This document shows, piece by piece, positions 18,635 to 28,287 of a DNA stretch of 53,855 nt. A model generated the notes under the pieces. It was not told the origin of the DNA. It saw only the letters and a program-made list of their open reading frames with translations, and made no database searches. The DNA is taken from contig DAHUXW010000100.1 in NCBI GenBank assembly GCA_027306925.1, positions 1 to 53,855 on the forward strand. The letters are read 5' to 3'. This stretch comes from Acidimicrobiaceae bacterium (GTDB taxonomy: Bacteria > Actinomycetota > Acidimicrobiia > Acidimicrobiales > Bog-793). Position numbers and translations under genes: made by a program. Within the stretch, counting starts at the first letter, position 1, and each line of letters opens with the position of its first letter.

Positions 18635-19586
18635 CGCGGTCGCGGCTGCGCCTGCGGCGGTCACCGTCGCGATCCCCGTGCTCGACGGGGAGCAGCAGAT
18701 CGACGGGTGCCTCGCGGCGGTCGAAGCACAGACTTACGCCGGGCCGATCGAGATCCTCGTCGTGGACGGAGGCTCGCGCGACCGGACCTGCGATCTCGCG
18801 ACTCGCCACGCCGGGGTGAGAGTCGTCGACAACCCCCGCCGGAGTCGGCCCGCCGCGATGAACGTCGCACTGCGCGAAGCGCACGGCGAGATCGTCGTGC
18901 GCGTCGACGTCCGGACGTCGGTCGCGCCGGACTACGTCGAGCGAAGCGTGCGCGCGCTGGACCGCTCGGGCGCGACGATCGTGGGCGGCCCGATGCGCCT
19001 CGCCGCGTCGAGCGCGCGCGAGCGCGGCGTGCGGGCCGCGATGACGTCGCGCCTCGGCGGCGGCCCCGCCGCGTTCCGGCGCGACGAGGGCAGGGCGCGA
19101 TTCGTCGACACCGTCTACCTGGGCGCGTTCCGCCGCGACGAGATCGTCTCGCTCGGCGGCTACGACGAGAACTTCGGCGGCAACGAGGACGCCGAGCTCG
19201 CGCACCGTGCGCAGTCAGCCGGCGGCGTCTACCTCGACCCCGCGATCCGCTCGACGTATGCGGTGCGGGGAGGACCGCGTGAGCTCGCCGCGCAGTACTT
19301 CCGCTACGGGCGGGCGCGCGCAGGCACGGTCGCGAAGCACCCGTCCTCGCTCTCGCCTCGGCAGCTCGCGGTGCCGGCGCTCCTGCTCGGGATCTTGAGC
19401 CCCTGGCGCCGCCCGGTGCTCGCGACGTACGCCACCGCGATCGTCTCGCGCACCGCGCTCGAGGTGGCACGCGACCCGTCGGCCGCGCCGTGGCTCGCGG
19501 TCGCGCTTCCGACGATGCACGTCGCGTGGGGTGCGGGATTCGTCCGGGGACTTGCACGGGCGTGCTCGCGCGCGCTTCGCCGCTGA
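18627..19586 (+). CDS. Glycosyltransferase family 2 (ExoA-like)
   Basis: VAIPVLD, VDGGSRDRT, VDTVYLGAFRR, NEDAEL and QYFRYG motifs. Confidence 0.9.
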
Positions 19587-19613
19587 CGTCAGTCCTCGGC
19601 TGCTCCCCAGTCC

Positions 19614-20675
19614 TCAGCTGCTCCCCGCCACGAGGCTCGCGACGTAGCGCGCGAACTCCTCGTGGTCCTCGTGAACGCGCCGCCGCGCCTCGGCTGCGAT
19701 CGGCTCGCGCACCGCGGGTGCGGCGATGGACGCGAGCAGCTCACGCCACGCCGCGACGGGTGCGGCGGGGTCGAGGAGGAAACCGCTCACGCGGTCGCTG
19801 ACCTGCTCGGCGAGTCCGCCGACGCGCGACGCGAGCACGACGGATCCGAGGGCCTGTGCGAGCACGACGGCGCCGCTCTGCGAGGCGCGACTGTACGGGA
19901 GCACGGTCGCCTGCGACGCAGCGACCGTCGCCGCGAGCTCTGCGCCACCCACGAACCGGTCGACGAGCGCAGCGCCAGAGCCGGCGGCGGCGCGGCTCGC
20001 CCCGCGCCCGACGACTGCGAAGCGCCACGGAGGAAGGGGAGTCGCGGTGACGGCGGCGAAGACGCCCGTCCCTTTGTACTCGCGGTGCAGATGGCCGAAG
20101 TGGAGCGCTAGCGGTCCGTCACCCGAGGGGACGAGCGGCGAGGCTCCGCCCGCACCGGCGAGCAGGCCGACAGCGAGCGGGAGCGGCACGCGCACGACGT
20201 CGGTGCGCCCCGACAGCGCCGCAACGTGCCCGCCGACGTAGTCGGAGTGGACGACGACGACGTCGACCTCCCGGAGCAGGTTCGCGAGCGCGCGGGGGCC
20301 GCCCGCTCGAGCGCGGCGCGCCTCGGACTCGTGGGCGACGAGCACGACCGGCACGCCGGAACGGTGTGCAGCGCGCACGACTGCACGCTCCGCATCGGGC
20401 ACCGCGAAGTTCTGCACGACGACGAGCTCGGGCGCGAGCCGGCCGATCGAGCGCGCGACACGCGCGACGAGCTCGAGATGAGCCACGGCGGCGCCGGCCC
20501 TGCCCGTACGTACCGCGATCGCGGGAGAAACCTCCGCTGCGAGCTCTCGCGAGTCGCGTGTCGCAAGGGCGACATCCGCGCCGGACGCGCGCAGCGAGTC
20601 GACCCACGCCCGCGAGCAGTGGGCGATCCCGCCACGACCGAGCCAGTCGACCAGCAGGACGCGCCGACCGCTCAT
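19614..20675 (-). CDS. Glycosyltransferase family 4 (GT-B)
   Basis: HFG...YKG, LPYSRASQSGAV and SRVGGLAEQV motifs. Confidence 0.85.
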   Translation of the reverse strand: MSGRRVLLVDWLGRGGIAHCSRAWVDSLRASGADVALATRDSRELAAEVSPAIAVRTGRAGAAVAHLELVARVARSIGRLAPELVVVQNFAVPDAERAVVRAAHRSGVPVVLVAHESEARRARAGGPRALANLLREVDVVVVHSDYVGGHVAALSGRTDVVRVPLPLAVGLLAGAGGASPLVPSGDGPLALHFGHLHREYKGTGVFAAVTATPLPPWRFAVVGRGASRAAAGSGAALVDRFVGGAELAATVAASQATVLPYSRASQSGAVVLAQALGSVVLASRVGGLAEQVSDRVSGFLLDPAAPVAAWRELLASIAAPAVREPIAAEARRRVHEDHEEFARYVASLVAGSS

Positions 20676-21619
20676 CGGACCTCGCGCCACGCCCGCAGCG
20701 CTGCCGAGAGCCCCGCACGGCGCGCGTTCAGCAGCTCGTGACCGCGGGAGCGCGCGTCGCCTCGACCGACCGCTCGATGAAGCGCTGCGACCGCGACAAG
20801 CCGCGCGTGCCAGGCGACGACGATGGGCCAGCCGAGCGCCGCCGTGCGTGAACCGTAGAGCGCGCGCAGGCAGCGGACCGCGTTTCGCGCGAGCAACGCC
20901 TGCTTCGCGCCGGAGGTCACCGCGCGCCCACCGAGGTGGGTGACCACGATCTCCGGTCGGTACTCGACGGGCACCTCGCGGCGCGCGAGCCGCACGAACC
21001 ACTCGGATTCCTCGAAGTACATCCCGTAGCGCTCGGGGAGCGGCTCCTCGCGAAGCAGCGACGCCGGAGCCGCGACCATCACGGCCGACGCTGCCTCGAT
21101 CCGTTCGGGCGCAGAAGGCGTGCGCCACTTCTCGACCCTGACGCGGCCGGCGAGCAGGCGCGGCGGAGCGTCGGGGAGAAGCAGCCACTCGACGACGAGC
21201 GAGCGCAGGTTCAGTGCCGCCTGGACGGTGCGCACCGGGCGCCCGTCGCGGTCGTTCACCCGCGGGACCGCGACGCCACCCGACTCCGTGCTACACCGCG
21301 CGAGTGCCACGATCGCGTCCGCGGAGCACGAGAGGTCGTCGTTCGCGAACACGACGATGTCGCTCCCTGCCACCGCCGCTCCGGCGTTCACCGCGGACGC
21401 GTACCCGGGGTTCCCCTCGATCGTGACCAGTCGTGCGCCTGCGCGGCGCGCGACGTCCGCGACGGCTTCGTCGGCCTCGACGTCGACGACCACGCGCGCG
21501 ACGCGCGGATCGGCAGTCGAGGCGAGCAACCGGGCGAGCTCCCGCGGTCGGTGGAACGCGACGACGACGAGCGTCGCTCGCAGCATCACCTCGCCGCGCG
21601 GCGATGCGGCGCCCGTCAC
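20672..21619 (-). CDS. Glycosyltransferase family 2 (WbbL/GT2-like)
   Basis: NPGYASAVNAG, FANDD, MYFEESEW and VTHLGG motifs; 4-bp overlaps with both neighbours. Confidence 0.85.
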   Translation of the reverse strand: MTGAASPRGEVMLRATLVVVAFHRPRELARLLASTADPRVARVVVDVEADEAVADVARRAGARLVTIEGNPGYASAVNAGAAVAGSDIVVFANDDLSCSADAIVALARCSTESGGVAVPRVNDRDGRPVRTVQAALNLRSLVVEWLLLPDAPPRLLAGRVRVEKWRTPSAPERIEAASAVMVAAPASLLREEPLPERYGMYFEESEWFVRLARREVPVEYRPEIVVTHLGGRAVTSGAKQALLARNAVRCLRALYGSRTAALGWPIVVAWHARLVAVAALHRAVGRGDARSRGHELLNARRAGLSAALRAWREVR

Positions 21620-23139
21620 GTCGAGCCGTGGTGAGCCGTGGGCGCGAGATGTCGCGCGACCGAGACGAGCAACGCGTACGCGCCGACGAGCGCTCCCGCC
21701 TCGAGCACCGCGACGGGTCCGTGGCTCACGCGCAACCCGAGAAGCTCATCGCCGGCCGCGTACACGGCCGCAAGCCCGGCAGCGACCAGCAGCGCGGTTG
21801 CAGACCGCGCGAAGGACGGCACGTACCCAGCCGCGACGCGGAACTCGCGGAACCGAATCGCTAGCAGAGCGAGCTCGCTCACGACGAGCACGACCGCCGC
21901 ACCGGTGATTCCCGCGAGGGGCACTGCGATGAGATTGCCGGCGAGGTTCAGCAACAGCGCGGCGTACACGCCGCGAGGCACCCGCCGTTCGGCACCGACG
22001 AGTACGAGGCCATGCCCGTACACGGCGGTGGGGAAGCCGAGCGCCGCCGCGCTTACGAGGAGCACGAGCGGCACCGTCGCACCCGAGTAGCCCGCGCCGG
22101 CAACCGCGCTCACGACGACATGAGCGAAGAGTGCTGCACCGACAGGGAGGACCGCCGCGACCGTCACGAGCGTGTCGAACGAGCGCTGGACGAGAACTCT
22201 CCTCTCCGCGTCGTCCTTGCGCATGAAGTGCGGCGTGACCGCGGACAGGAGCATCGCCGGGACGGCTGCCGCGAAGCCGGCGATCTGGCTGGCGACTCCG
22301 AAGGCAGCCAGCGCACCCGACGACGCGAGCAGCGCGACGACGACGGTGTCGACCTGGCCGTAGAGGGCATTGGCTCCGTAGGTGAGCCCGAGCGGCGCGG
22401 CGCGGCGGAGAAGCCCGCTCGCTCGGCGGGCAGAGCCTCGAAGTCGCGGGATGACGTACATCCTGGCGAGCACCACGGACGCAGCTGCGGTCACGCCGGT
22501 CGCGACGGCGGTGAACATCACGTACCTCGTCGCCCCGCCGTGAGTGGAACGGACCAAGAGCACCGCGCCGAGAACGAGCACGCTGCTTGCGACGTCGAGC
22601 ACCGCCCGCACGTCGTTGCGCGCCCTCGCGACGAACACCGAGCTGCTCATCAGCCAGAGCGCGGTGAACGGGATGGTGGGGAGCAGGACGTACGCGAGCA
22701 CCCGTACCCCGGGGTGGGTCGAGTAGACCACGAGGACGACGAGTGCCGCGACCACGGTGGCCGCACCGGCCGTGACCGGGGTCGCCGCGAGCGCGGCGCC
22801 GTAGAGCGAGCGCGCGTCCGCCCCGCGCGACGCGAGGTCGCGGCTCGCGATCTGTTGGACCCCGAAGTCGCTCACGGAAGCGAAGACGCCGACGAGCGCG
22901 GTGGCCGCGACGATCGGACCCCAGCGATCCGGTGTGAAGTAGTGGGTACCGACGTGCAGTGCGACGAGCGCCACGAGCCCGCCGGCCGCGCGCCCTCCCA
23001 GCCGGACGAGCGCGTTGTAGGAGATCCGACCGCGGAACCCGGGGCTCGGCACCGACCGCTCCGGCGACTCCTCGGGCCGAGTCGCCGCCGGTCGTTCGAC
23101 CGCCCGCAGGCCTGCGGGTGGACGGGCGCGACGCAGCAT
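21616..23139 (-). CDS. Wzx-type oligosaccharide flippase
   Basis: 12-14 TM segments with SDFGVQQIASR, YGQVDTVVV and LIAVPLAGITGAA (PST/MOP-type) motifs. Start uncertain. Confidence 0.85.
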   Translation of the reverse strand: MLRRARPPAGLRAVERPAATRPEESPERSVPSPGFRGRISYNALVRLGGRAAGGLVALVALHVGTHYFTPDRWGPIVAATALVGVFASVSDFGVQQIASRDLASRGADARSLYGAALAATPVTAGAATVVAALVVLVVYSTHPGVRVLAYVLLPTIPFTALWLMSSSVFVARARNDVRAVLDVASSVLVLGAVLLVRSTHGGATRYVMFTAVATGVTAAASVVLARMYVIPRLRGSARRASGLLRRAAPLGLTYGANALYGQVDTVVVALLASSGALAAFGVASQIAGFAAAVPAMLLSAVTPHFMRKDDAERRVLVQRSFDTLVTVAAVLPVGAALFAHVVVSAVAGAGYSGATVPLVLLVSAAALGFPTAVYGHGLVLVGAERRVPRGVYAALLLNLAGNLIAVPLAGITGAAVVLVVSELALLAIRFREFRVAAGYVPSFARSATALLVAAGLAAVYAAGDELLGLRVSHGPVAVLEAGALVGAYALLVSVARHLAPTAHHGST

Positions 23140-23215
23140 CGAGCTCACGACTCGGCTAACGGCCACGAGCGCTCGCGGTCGAAGGGCCGCGAGCACGACC
23201 GCCTAAGGTTTCGCC

Positions 23216-24310
23216 GTGGAGGGACGGACGCTCCGCGTCACCTATGTGCTGCCGAAGCTCGTGGACCACCCGGTCGGAGGCTTCAAGGTCCACTACCAGT
23301 ACGCGAACGAGCTCGCGGCTCGAGGCCACAAAGTCACCGTCGTACACCCGGCGACGACAGGTTTCGTGCCGTCGGCGCGCGAGCTCGCTTCGTTCGCCGC
23401 CGCCGCGCTCCGCCGCAGGCTGCGCGGCGGCGGAGCGGTGCCCTGGTTCGCTCTCGACGAGCGCGTCGGCTCGTCGAACGTCGTGCGCCTTCGCCCGGCA
23501 TCGCTTCCCGACGGCGACGTGCTCCTGCTCACCGCGTGGCAGACCGCCGAGCGCACAGTGGGCGCGCCGCCGCGCGCCGGCCGCAGCGTCCAGATCGTCT
23601 TCGACTACGAGCACTGGCTCGAATCGCCCGCTCTGCGCCCGCGGATCGCGCGAGCGCTCGGGCGTCCCGACGTGACGCGCATCGCGACCTCGGCGGGAGT
23701 CGCCTCGCTCCTCGAGGAGCTCGGCGCCCGGGCCGTCGCGACGGTCACGCCCGGGCTCGCGGCCGGGGAGTTTGGACTCGACGTGCCCGTCGCGCTGCGC
23801 GGGCCCGTGGTCACCTTCGCGTTGCGCCATGGGCTCTCGAAGGACATGGCGACCGCGTTCGCCGCGGTCGCGCAGATCCGCCAGGCCGTCCCGGACGCCG
23901 AGATCCGCTGCTTCGGAGACCCGAGCCAGGCGGCGCCCGCCAGCGTCCGGCACCTCGGCCGGCTCGAGCAGCGAGCACTGCGCCGCTGCTACAACGAGAC
24001 CGCCGTGTTCCTGCTCACGAGCCGCCACGAGGGGTGGGGTCTTCCCGCGGCAGAGGCGATGGCATGCGGAGCGGCTGTCGTGTCCACAAGAAACGGGGGA
24101 ACCGAGGAGTTCGTGCGCGACGGCGCCAACGGCCTGCTCGTGCCGGCCGCCGATCCGGGCGCTGTCGCGGCCGCCGCCGTGCGTCTCCTCGGGGACGAGG
24201 ACCTGCGCGCCTCGCTTGGGGCCAGAGCCGCAGGCGAAGCGCTCCAGATGACCGTCGAACGGGCGACCGACCGCGTCGAGGAGGTGCTGCGGCGTGTCGC
24301 TCACCGGTAG
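23216..24310 (+). CDS. Glycosyltransferase family 4
   Basis: GGFKVHYQYANEL and SRHEGWGLPAAEAMACG (Ex7E). Leaderless TAAGGT-N6-GTG. Confidence 0.9.
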   Translation: MEGRTLRVTYVLPKLVDHPVGGFKVHYQYANELAARGHKVTVVHPATTGFVPSARELASFAAAALRRRLRGGGAVPWFALDERVGSSNVVRLRPASLPDGDVLLLTAWQTAERTVGAPPRAGRSVQIVFDYEHWLESPALRPRIARALGRPDVTRIATSAGVASLLEELGARAVATVTPGLAAGEFGLDVPVALRGPVVTFALRHGLSKDMATAFAAVAQIRQAVPDAEIRCFGDPSQAAPASVRHLGRLEQRALRRCYNETAVFLLTSRHEGWGLPAAEAMACGAAVVSTRNGGTEEFVRDGANGLLVPAADPGAVAAAAVRLLGDEDLRASLGARAAGEALQMTVERATDRVEEVLRRVAHR

Positions 24311-24326
24311 CCGCGCCTCTTCGCAC

Positions 24327-25781
24327 CTAGCGGCCGGTGCGCCCGACGATCGAGCGAATGGTCCGCCCGACGATGCGCGCGTCGAGCATGAGGCTCTGAT
24401 GACGTAGGTAGTAGAACTCGTACTGCAGCTTCTCGAGCGCGTCGAAGCCGCTCGCTCCGTAGTCGAAGTTCACCTGCGCCCAGCCGGTGATCCCCGGCTG
24501 GACGAGGTGGCGAAGATCGTAGTAGTCGATCTTGCGGGCGAGCTCCGCGACGTAGCGCGGCTGCTCGGGACGGGGCCCGACGATCGACAGCTCCCGGCGG
24601 AGCACGTTCACCACCTGCGGCAGCTCGTCGACGTGCGACTTTCGCATCACGCGGCCGACTCGACCGACGCGGCGGTCGTCCACGCCCGTCCACGTGGGCT
24701 CCCCTCCCGAAGGGGGCATCGTCCGGAACTTGAGGATCGTGAAGATCCTGCCGTCCTTGCCGACGCGCTCCTGCCGGTAGAGAAGCGGCCCGCGGTTGCC
24801 CGCGAGGTCCGCGACGAGCACCGCGAGCACCGCGAGCGCGAGCAGCGGGAGCGCGAGCAGCGCGAGCAGCACGTCGATCGCGCGCTTCGAGCGCGCGTAC
24901 GCCGCGTTGTGGATCTCGTGGATGTCGAACAGCAGCGCGGAGCGCTCGAGCTCGGACAGCGGGAGCTTGCCGAGCCATTGGTCGTAGAAGAGCGCGAGCG
25001 TGCGGACCTTGCAGCCGCGCCGGTGGAGCTCCGCAGCCTGGACGACGATGTCCTCGTCCGCGATCGCCTCGCGGTCGAGCACGACGAGCGTCGCCTGGTG
25101 CGCGTCGACGAGCTCCGCGAGCGGGCGCGGCCGTTGCGCGCTCGACCGCACGTCGGCCCCGAGCGCGGTCGCCGCGAGCACCGCAGGGCGCTCCCGGACG
25201 CCCTTCAGGTCGGACGCGAGCGCGAGCGCCTCGGCGACGCCGACGACCGCGAGGACGCGCTCGGCCGCGTCGCGGCGCGCGCTCCCGCCGGACATCGTCC
25301 GGGCGACCACGGCGACGGCCGGCGTGAGGAGCGCGACCGCGAGGAAGACGACGAAGCGCGGCAGAAGCGCCTCGCCCACGACGAGCGCCATGACCGACAC
25401 GGCTCCCGCGGCGACGAGGGTCGCGGCGAACGAGCGGACGAGCGCCTCGGAGAATCGCGGCGCGGACTCGGGCAGGCCGGCGGCGTAGAACGCGACGAGC
25501 AGGAGCGCCGTGAACACGACGAGCCATCCGAACCGGGGGAACGCCGTGAAGCGGTAGTGGCCCACTAGGTGCGCGTGAGCCTCGCCGAGCGCGGCGACGA
25601 CGGCTACCGTCAGGCCCGATATGAGCCACCGCGCAGACCTGGACACCGCGCCCAATTCAAGCACCGGGCGCGCGGCGACCTCGCGATTCGGCGCTCCCTC
25701 CTGGTTGGAGGGCGCGACGACGCTCGACGTCGTTGCGGCGCTTCTCGCGTTCCTGCTACCGGTGGCGATCTCGCCGGTCAC
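24327..25781 (-). CDS. Initiating polyprenyl-phosphate phosphoglycosyltransferase (WbaP/WcaJ-type sugar transferase)
   Basis: KRAID, LKFRTM, DELPQ, SIVGPRPE and PGITGWAQVN motifs. The true start is probably downstream of 25781. Confidence 0.92.
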   Translation of the reverse strand: MTGEIATGSRNARSAATTSSVVAPSNQEGAPNREVAARPVLELGAVSRSARWLISGLTVAVVAALGEAHAHLVGHYRFTAFPRFGWLVVFTALLLVAFYAAGLPESAPRFSEALVRSFAATLVAAGAVSVMALVVGEALLPRFVVFLAVALLTPAVAVVARTMSGGSARRDAAERVLAVVGVAEALALASDLKGVRERPAVLAATALGADVRSSAQRPRPLAELVDAHQATLVVLDREAIADEDIVVQAAELHRRGCKVRTLALFYDQWLGKLPLSELERSALLFDIHEIHNAAYARSKRAIDVLLALLALPLLALAVLAVLVADLAGNRGPLLYRQERVGKDGRIFTILKFRTMPPSGGEPTWTGVDDRRVGRVGRVMRKSHVDELPQVVNVLRRELSIVGPRPEQPRYVAELARKIDYYDLRHLVQPGITGWAQVNFDYGASGFDALEKLQYEFYYLRHQSLMLDARIVGRTIRSIVGRTGR

Positions 25782-27408
25782 GAACTCCTACACCTTCACG
25801 CCGAAGCTCGCGGTCGTGCTGCTCCTCGCCGCGGTCGGGCTTCCTCGGCTCGCACGTCTCGCCGCCGGAGGCGATCGCGCCGCGTGGGCGGCGCTCGCGT
25901 TCCTCGCGGTCGGACTCGCGTCCGCAGCGACCTCGGGCAGCGTCTTCGTGGGGCTCTTCGGGATGTACCTGTCAGGGACGGGTTGGGTCTTCTGGTGCGG
26001 CGTCGCGGGTGCGTGGGCGATCGGTCGCTCCCTCGGCCCTCGCGGCGCCGACCTCGTGACCGCGGGTCTCGTGGGTGGGGCGCTCGTGAACGCCCTGGTA
26101 ACCGTGGCGCAGCAAGCGTTCCAGCTCGCGAGCCCCGTTCTCGGCCTATACCAGGGCACCCAGGCCGACGGGCTCATGGGCAACCCGATATTCCTCGAGA
26201 GCGTGCTCCTCGGCGCGCTCGCGATCGTCCTCGTGCGCGCGTGCACCGCGCGCTGGCAGTGGTCGCTGGCGGCTCTCGTGGTCTCCGCGTCGCTCGAGCT
26301 GAGCGGCGAGCGCTTCGCGATCGCGCTCCTCGCCGTGCTCGTCGTGTGGGCCGTCGCGGCGTACCGCAACCGCCGGAGCCTGCTGTTCGCCGCGGCGGTC
26401 GCGTTCGGCTACGGGGTCACCTACGCGTTCTCGAGCGCGCTCATCCACGCGCGCATCGCCCGGAACGTCGCGTCGAACCCGCGCCTCACGCTGTGGAAGG
26501 CGCTCGCCCACGCGTTCGTGCACCGTCCGGTCCTCGGCTGGGGCCCAGGCCAGACGCTCCAGGCCACGACCGCGTTCCAACCGCTCGCCCTCGCGAAGCG
26601 GCTCGCGGTGGCGACGTACTTCAACGACGCGCACGACCTACTCGTGGAGGTCGCCGTGACCACGGGCGTGCTCGGCCTCGTCGCGTTCGTCGCTCTCGCC
26701 GGACAGGCGATGCGATCCGCGTCCGGTCCGCTCCTCGGCGCGGCGCTCATGATGCTCGCGGTCGAGCTCGTCGAGCCGCTGAACGTCGGCGTCACTCCGC
26801 TCGCCTTCCTCGCGCTCGGTGCGGCCGCGGCGAGGACGGGCCGGACCCGATCGGGAGGGGCCCGCACGGCGCGCGGCCGCGCGCGCCTCGTCGGAGCCGC
26901 GACCGCGGTGCTGCTCGCCGCCGCCGTCGGGGCCTCCGCGACGATGCTCTACGGCGACTACGAGCTGAACTCCGGGCTGCTCGCCTACCGGTACCCGACT
27001 GCGGTGCGCGGCGCCCATCTCCTCGCCGTCTGGTCCGACCCCGCGCTCGTCGTCGCAGAGATCGCGGTGAACCGTTCGATCGCGTTCCGCGACCGGCGGC
27101 ACTGGCTCCTGCTCGCGCGCCACTGGCACGCGGTCGCAGTGGCCCGCGAGCCGACGAACACGCAGCTCTGGACTGCGCTCGCCGGCGCCGACGCGGAGCT
27201 CGGGAGGCTTGGCACCGCGGCGTCCGAGTACGAGAAAGCGCTCCGCCTCGACCGTTTCGGCACCGAAGCGCTCGTCGGCCTCGCGTCGATCGACATCCGC
27301 GAGGGACGCGCCCGCGAGGCGGTCGCACTGCTGCACCGCGCGCTCGCGACCGCGCCCGGCTACGAGCCTGCGACCGCCTTGCTCCGCAAGGCGGTCGCAG
27401 CGGGCTGA
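25621..27408 (+). CDS. O-antigen ligase / O-oligosaccharyltransferase-like protein with a C-terminal TPR region
   Basis: About 12 TM segments, GLMGNPIFL, RLTLW..PVLGWGPG and DAHDLLVEVAVTTGVLGL (Wzy_C His motif), then TPR-like helices. Start uncertain. Confidence 0.85.
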   Translation: MSHRADLDTAPNSSTGRAATSRFGAPSWLEGATTLDVVAALLAFLLPVAISPVTNSYTFTPKLAVVLLLAAVGLPRLARLAAGGDRAAWAALAFLAVGLASAATSGSVFVGLFGMYLSGTGWVFWCGVAGAWAIGRSLGPRGADLVTAGLVGGALVNALVTVAQQAFQLASPVLGLYQGTQADGLMGNPIFLESVLLGALAIVLVRACTARWQWSLAALVVSASLELSGERFAIALLAVLVVWAVAAYRNRRSLLFAAAVAFGYGVTYAFSSALIHARIARNVASNPRLTLWKALAHAFVHRPVLGWGPGQTLQATTAFQPLALAKRLAVATYFNDAHDLLVEVAVTTGVLGLVAFVALAGQAMRSASGPLLGAALMMLAVELVEPLNVGVTPLAFLALGAAAARTGRTRSGGARTARGRARLVGAATAVLLAAAVGASATMLYGDYELNSGLLAYRYPTAVRGAHLLAVWSDPALVVAEIAVNRSIAFRDRRHWLLLARHWHAVAVAREPTNTQLWTALAGADAELGRLGTAASEYEKALRLDRFGTEALVGLASIDIREGRAREAVALLHRALATAPGYEPATALLRKAVAAG

Positions 27409-27429
27409 GCGGAGAGCGCCCTGGGCGCG

Positions 27430-27468
27430 CGAGCGCCCCGGCCAGGTGACCCGTGGCCGGGGCGCTCG
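27430..27468. terminator. Bidirectional hairpin between the convergent ligase gene and pilA
   Basis: 15-bp perfect stem CGAGCGCCCCGGCCA/TGGCCGGGGCGCTCG with a 9-nt loop; no U-tract. Confidence 0.65.
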
Positions 27469-27506
27469 AAGCTCGCGGACCAGACGGCACGCGAGGCCCG
27501 GTCAGG

Positions 27507-28088
27507 TCAGGCCGGGAAACCGCCCGTGTTCGTCCAAGCCCCCGGCTTGCCCGCGGTCGTGCTCACTCCTGCTTTCGCCAATGCCGCCGTGCAGGCCGCG
27601 CTGGTCGTGGCCGGGTACCAGCCGTAGAAGGTGTCCGTGCCCGTGAGACCCGTGATTGCGAGGCCCCCGGTGCTCTTCTGGTCGGCGATCGCGTAGCAGC
27701 GGTTGCTGCCGTTCCACGCTGCGAGGACCAGGTCGCTCGAGTCGACGACGTCGACGCTGATGACCTTGTTGCCCGTGGACACAGCATTGCTCACGTACGT
27801 GAGGCCCGTGCCCTCCTTCGTGATGTCGGACACCGACGTCGAGCCGATCAGGGACGTGTAGTTGCCGTTGTTCTGTGTGTAGTAGGTGTCCGCACCGGTG
27901 AGCGCGGTCTGCAGGTTCGACGTCACCGCCGTGTTCGTCGCGCTCTTTGTCACCGTCAGGAACGTGGGGATCGCGATCGCCAGCAGGATGCCGAGGATCA
28001 ACAGGACGACGAGGAGCTCGATGAGCGTGAATCCCTCATCGGCGCCCTCGGACATCTGCGAGAGATGCCGCTTGAGATGGGTTCGCAA
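27507..28088 (-). CDS. pilA: Major type IV pilin
   Basis: Class III signal DEG|FTLIELLVVLLILGILLAIAIP with E5 and P22; AAGGAGG SD before TTG; two Cys; its own upstream intergenic region. Confidence 0.92.
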   Translation of the reverse strand: MRTHLKRHLSQMSEGADEGFTLIELLVVLLILGILLAIAIPTFLTVTKSATNTAVTSNLQTALTGADTYYTQNNGNYTSLIGSTSVSDITKEGTGLTYVSNAVSTGNKVISVDVVDSSDLVLAAWNGSNRCYAIADQKSTGGLAITGLTGTDTFYGWYPATTSAACTAALAKAGVSTTAGKPGAWTNTGGFPA

Positions 28089-28130
28089 CTCTTCCTCCTT
28101 GGACTACGCGCCGACGCTCGGCTACGGCGT

Positions 28131-28159
28131 ACAACGACACGGCGTGACACCGCCTTGAG
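28131..28159 (-). promoter_or_regulatory. Putative sigma-28 (FliA/WhiG)-like promoter of pilA
   Basis: CTCAA-N16-GTCGTTGT; the same architecture appears upstream of the second pilT. Confidence 0.35.
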
Positions 28160-28287
28160 TGAAAATCCGCGAAATCCTCACGTTGCGTGCCCGTCGGGCG
28201 CAAGCGAACCACGCAGCGCGGCGCGTGCGAGCGACGGGACGCGCTCGCGCCCCACCGACCCACGCGAGTCGCGCCGTTGGGCCGTCC

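Noticed and set aside
27507-28088. PilA as an electrically conductive e-pilin
   Set aside because: Aromatics are about 8% (14/174 by hand count). F1, F24, Y50 and Y51 are present but positions 27 and 32 are not aromatic, and no cytochrome genes are nearby.
28089-28287. c-di-GMP riboswitch upstream of pilA
   Set aside because: No GEMM-I or class II consensus is recognisable by eye; an Infernal/Rfam scan would settle it.
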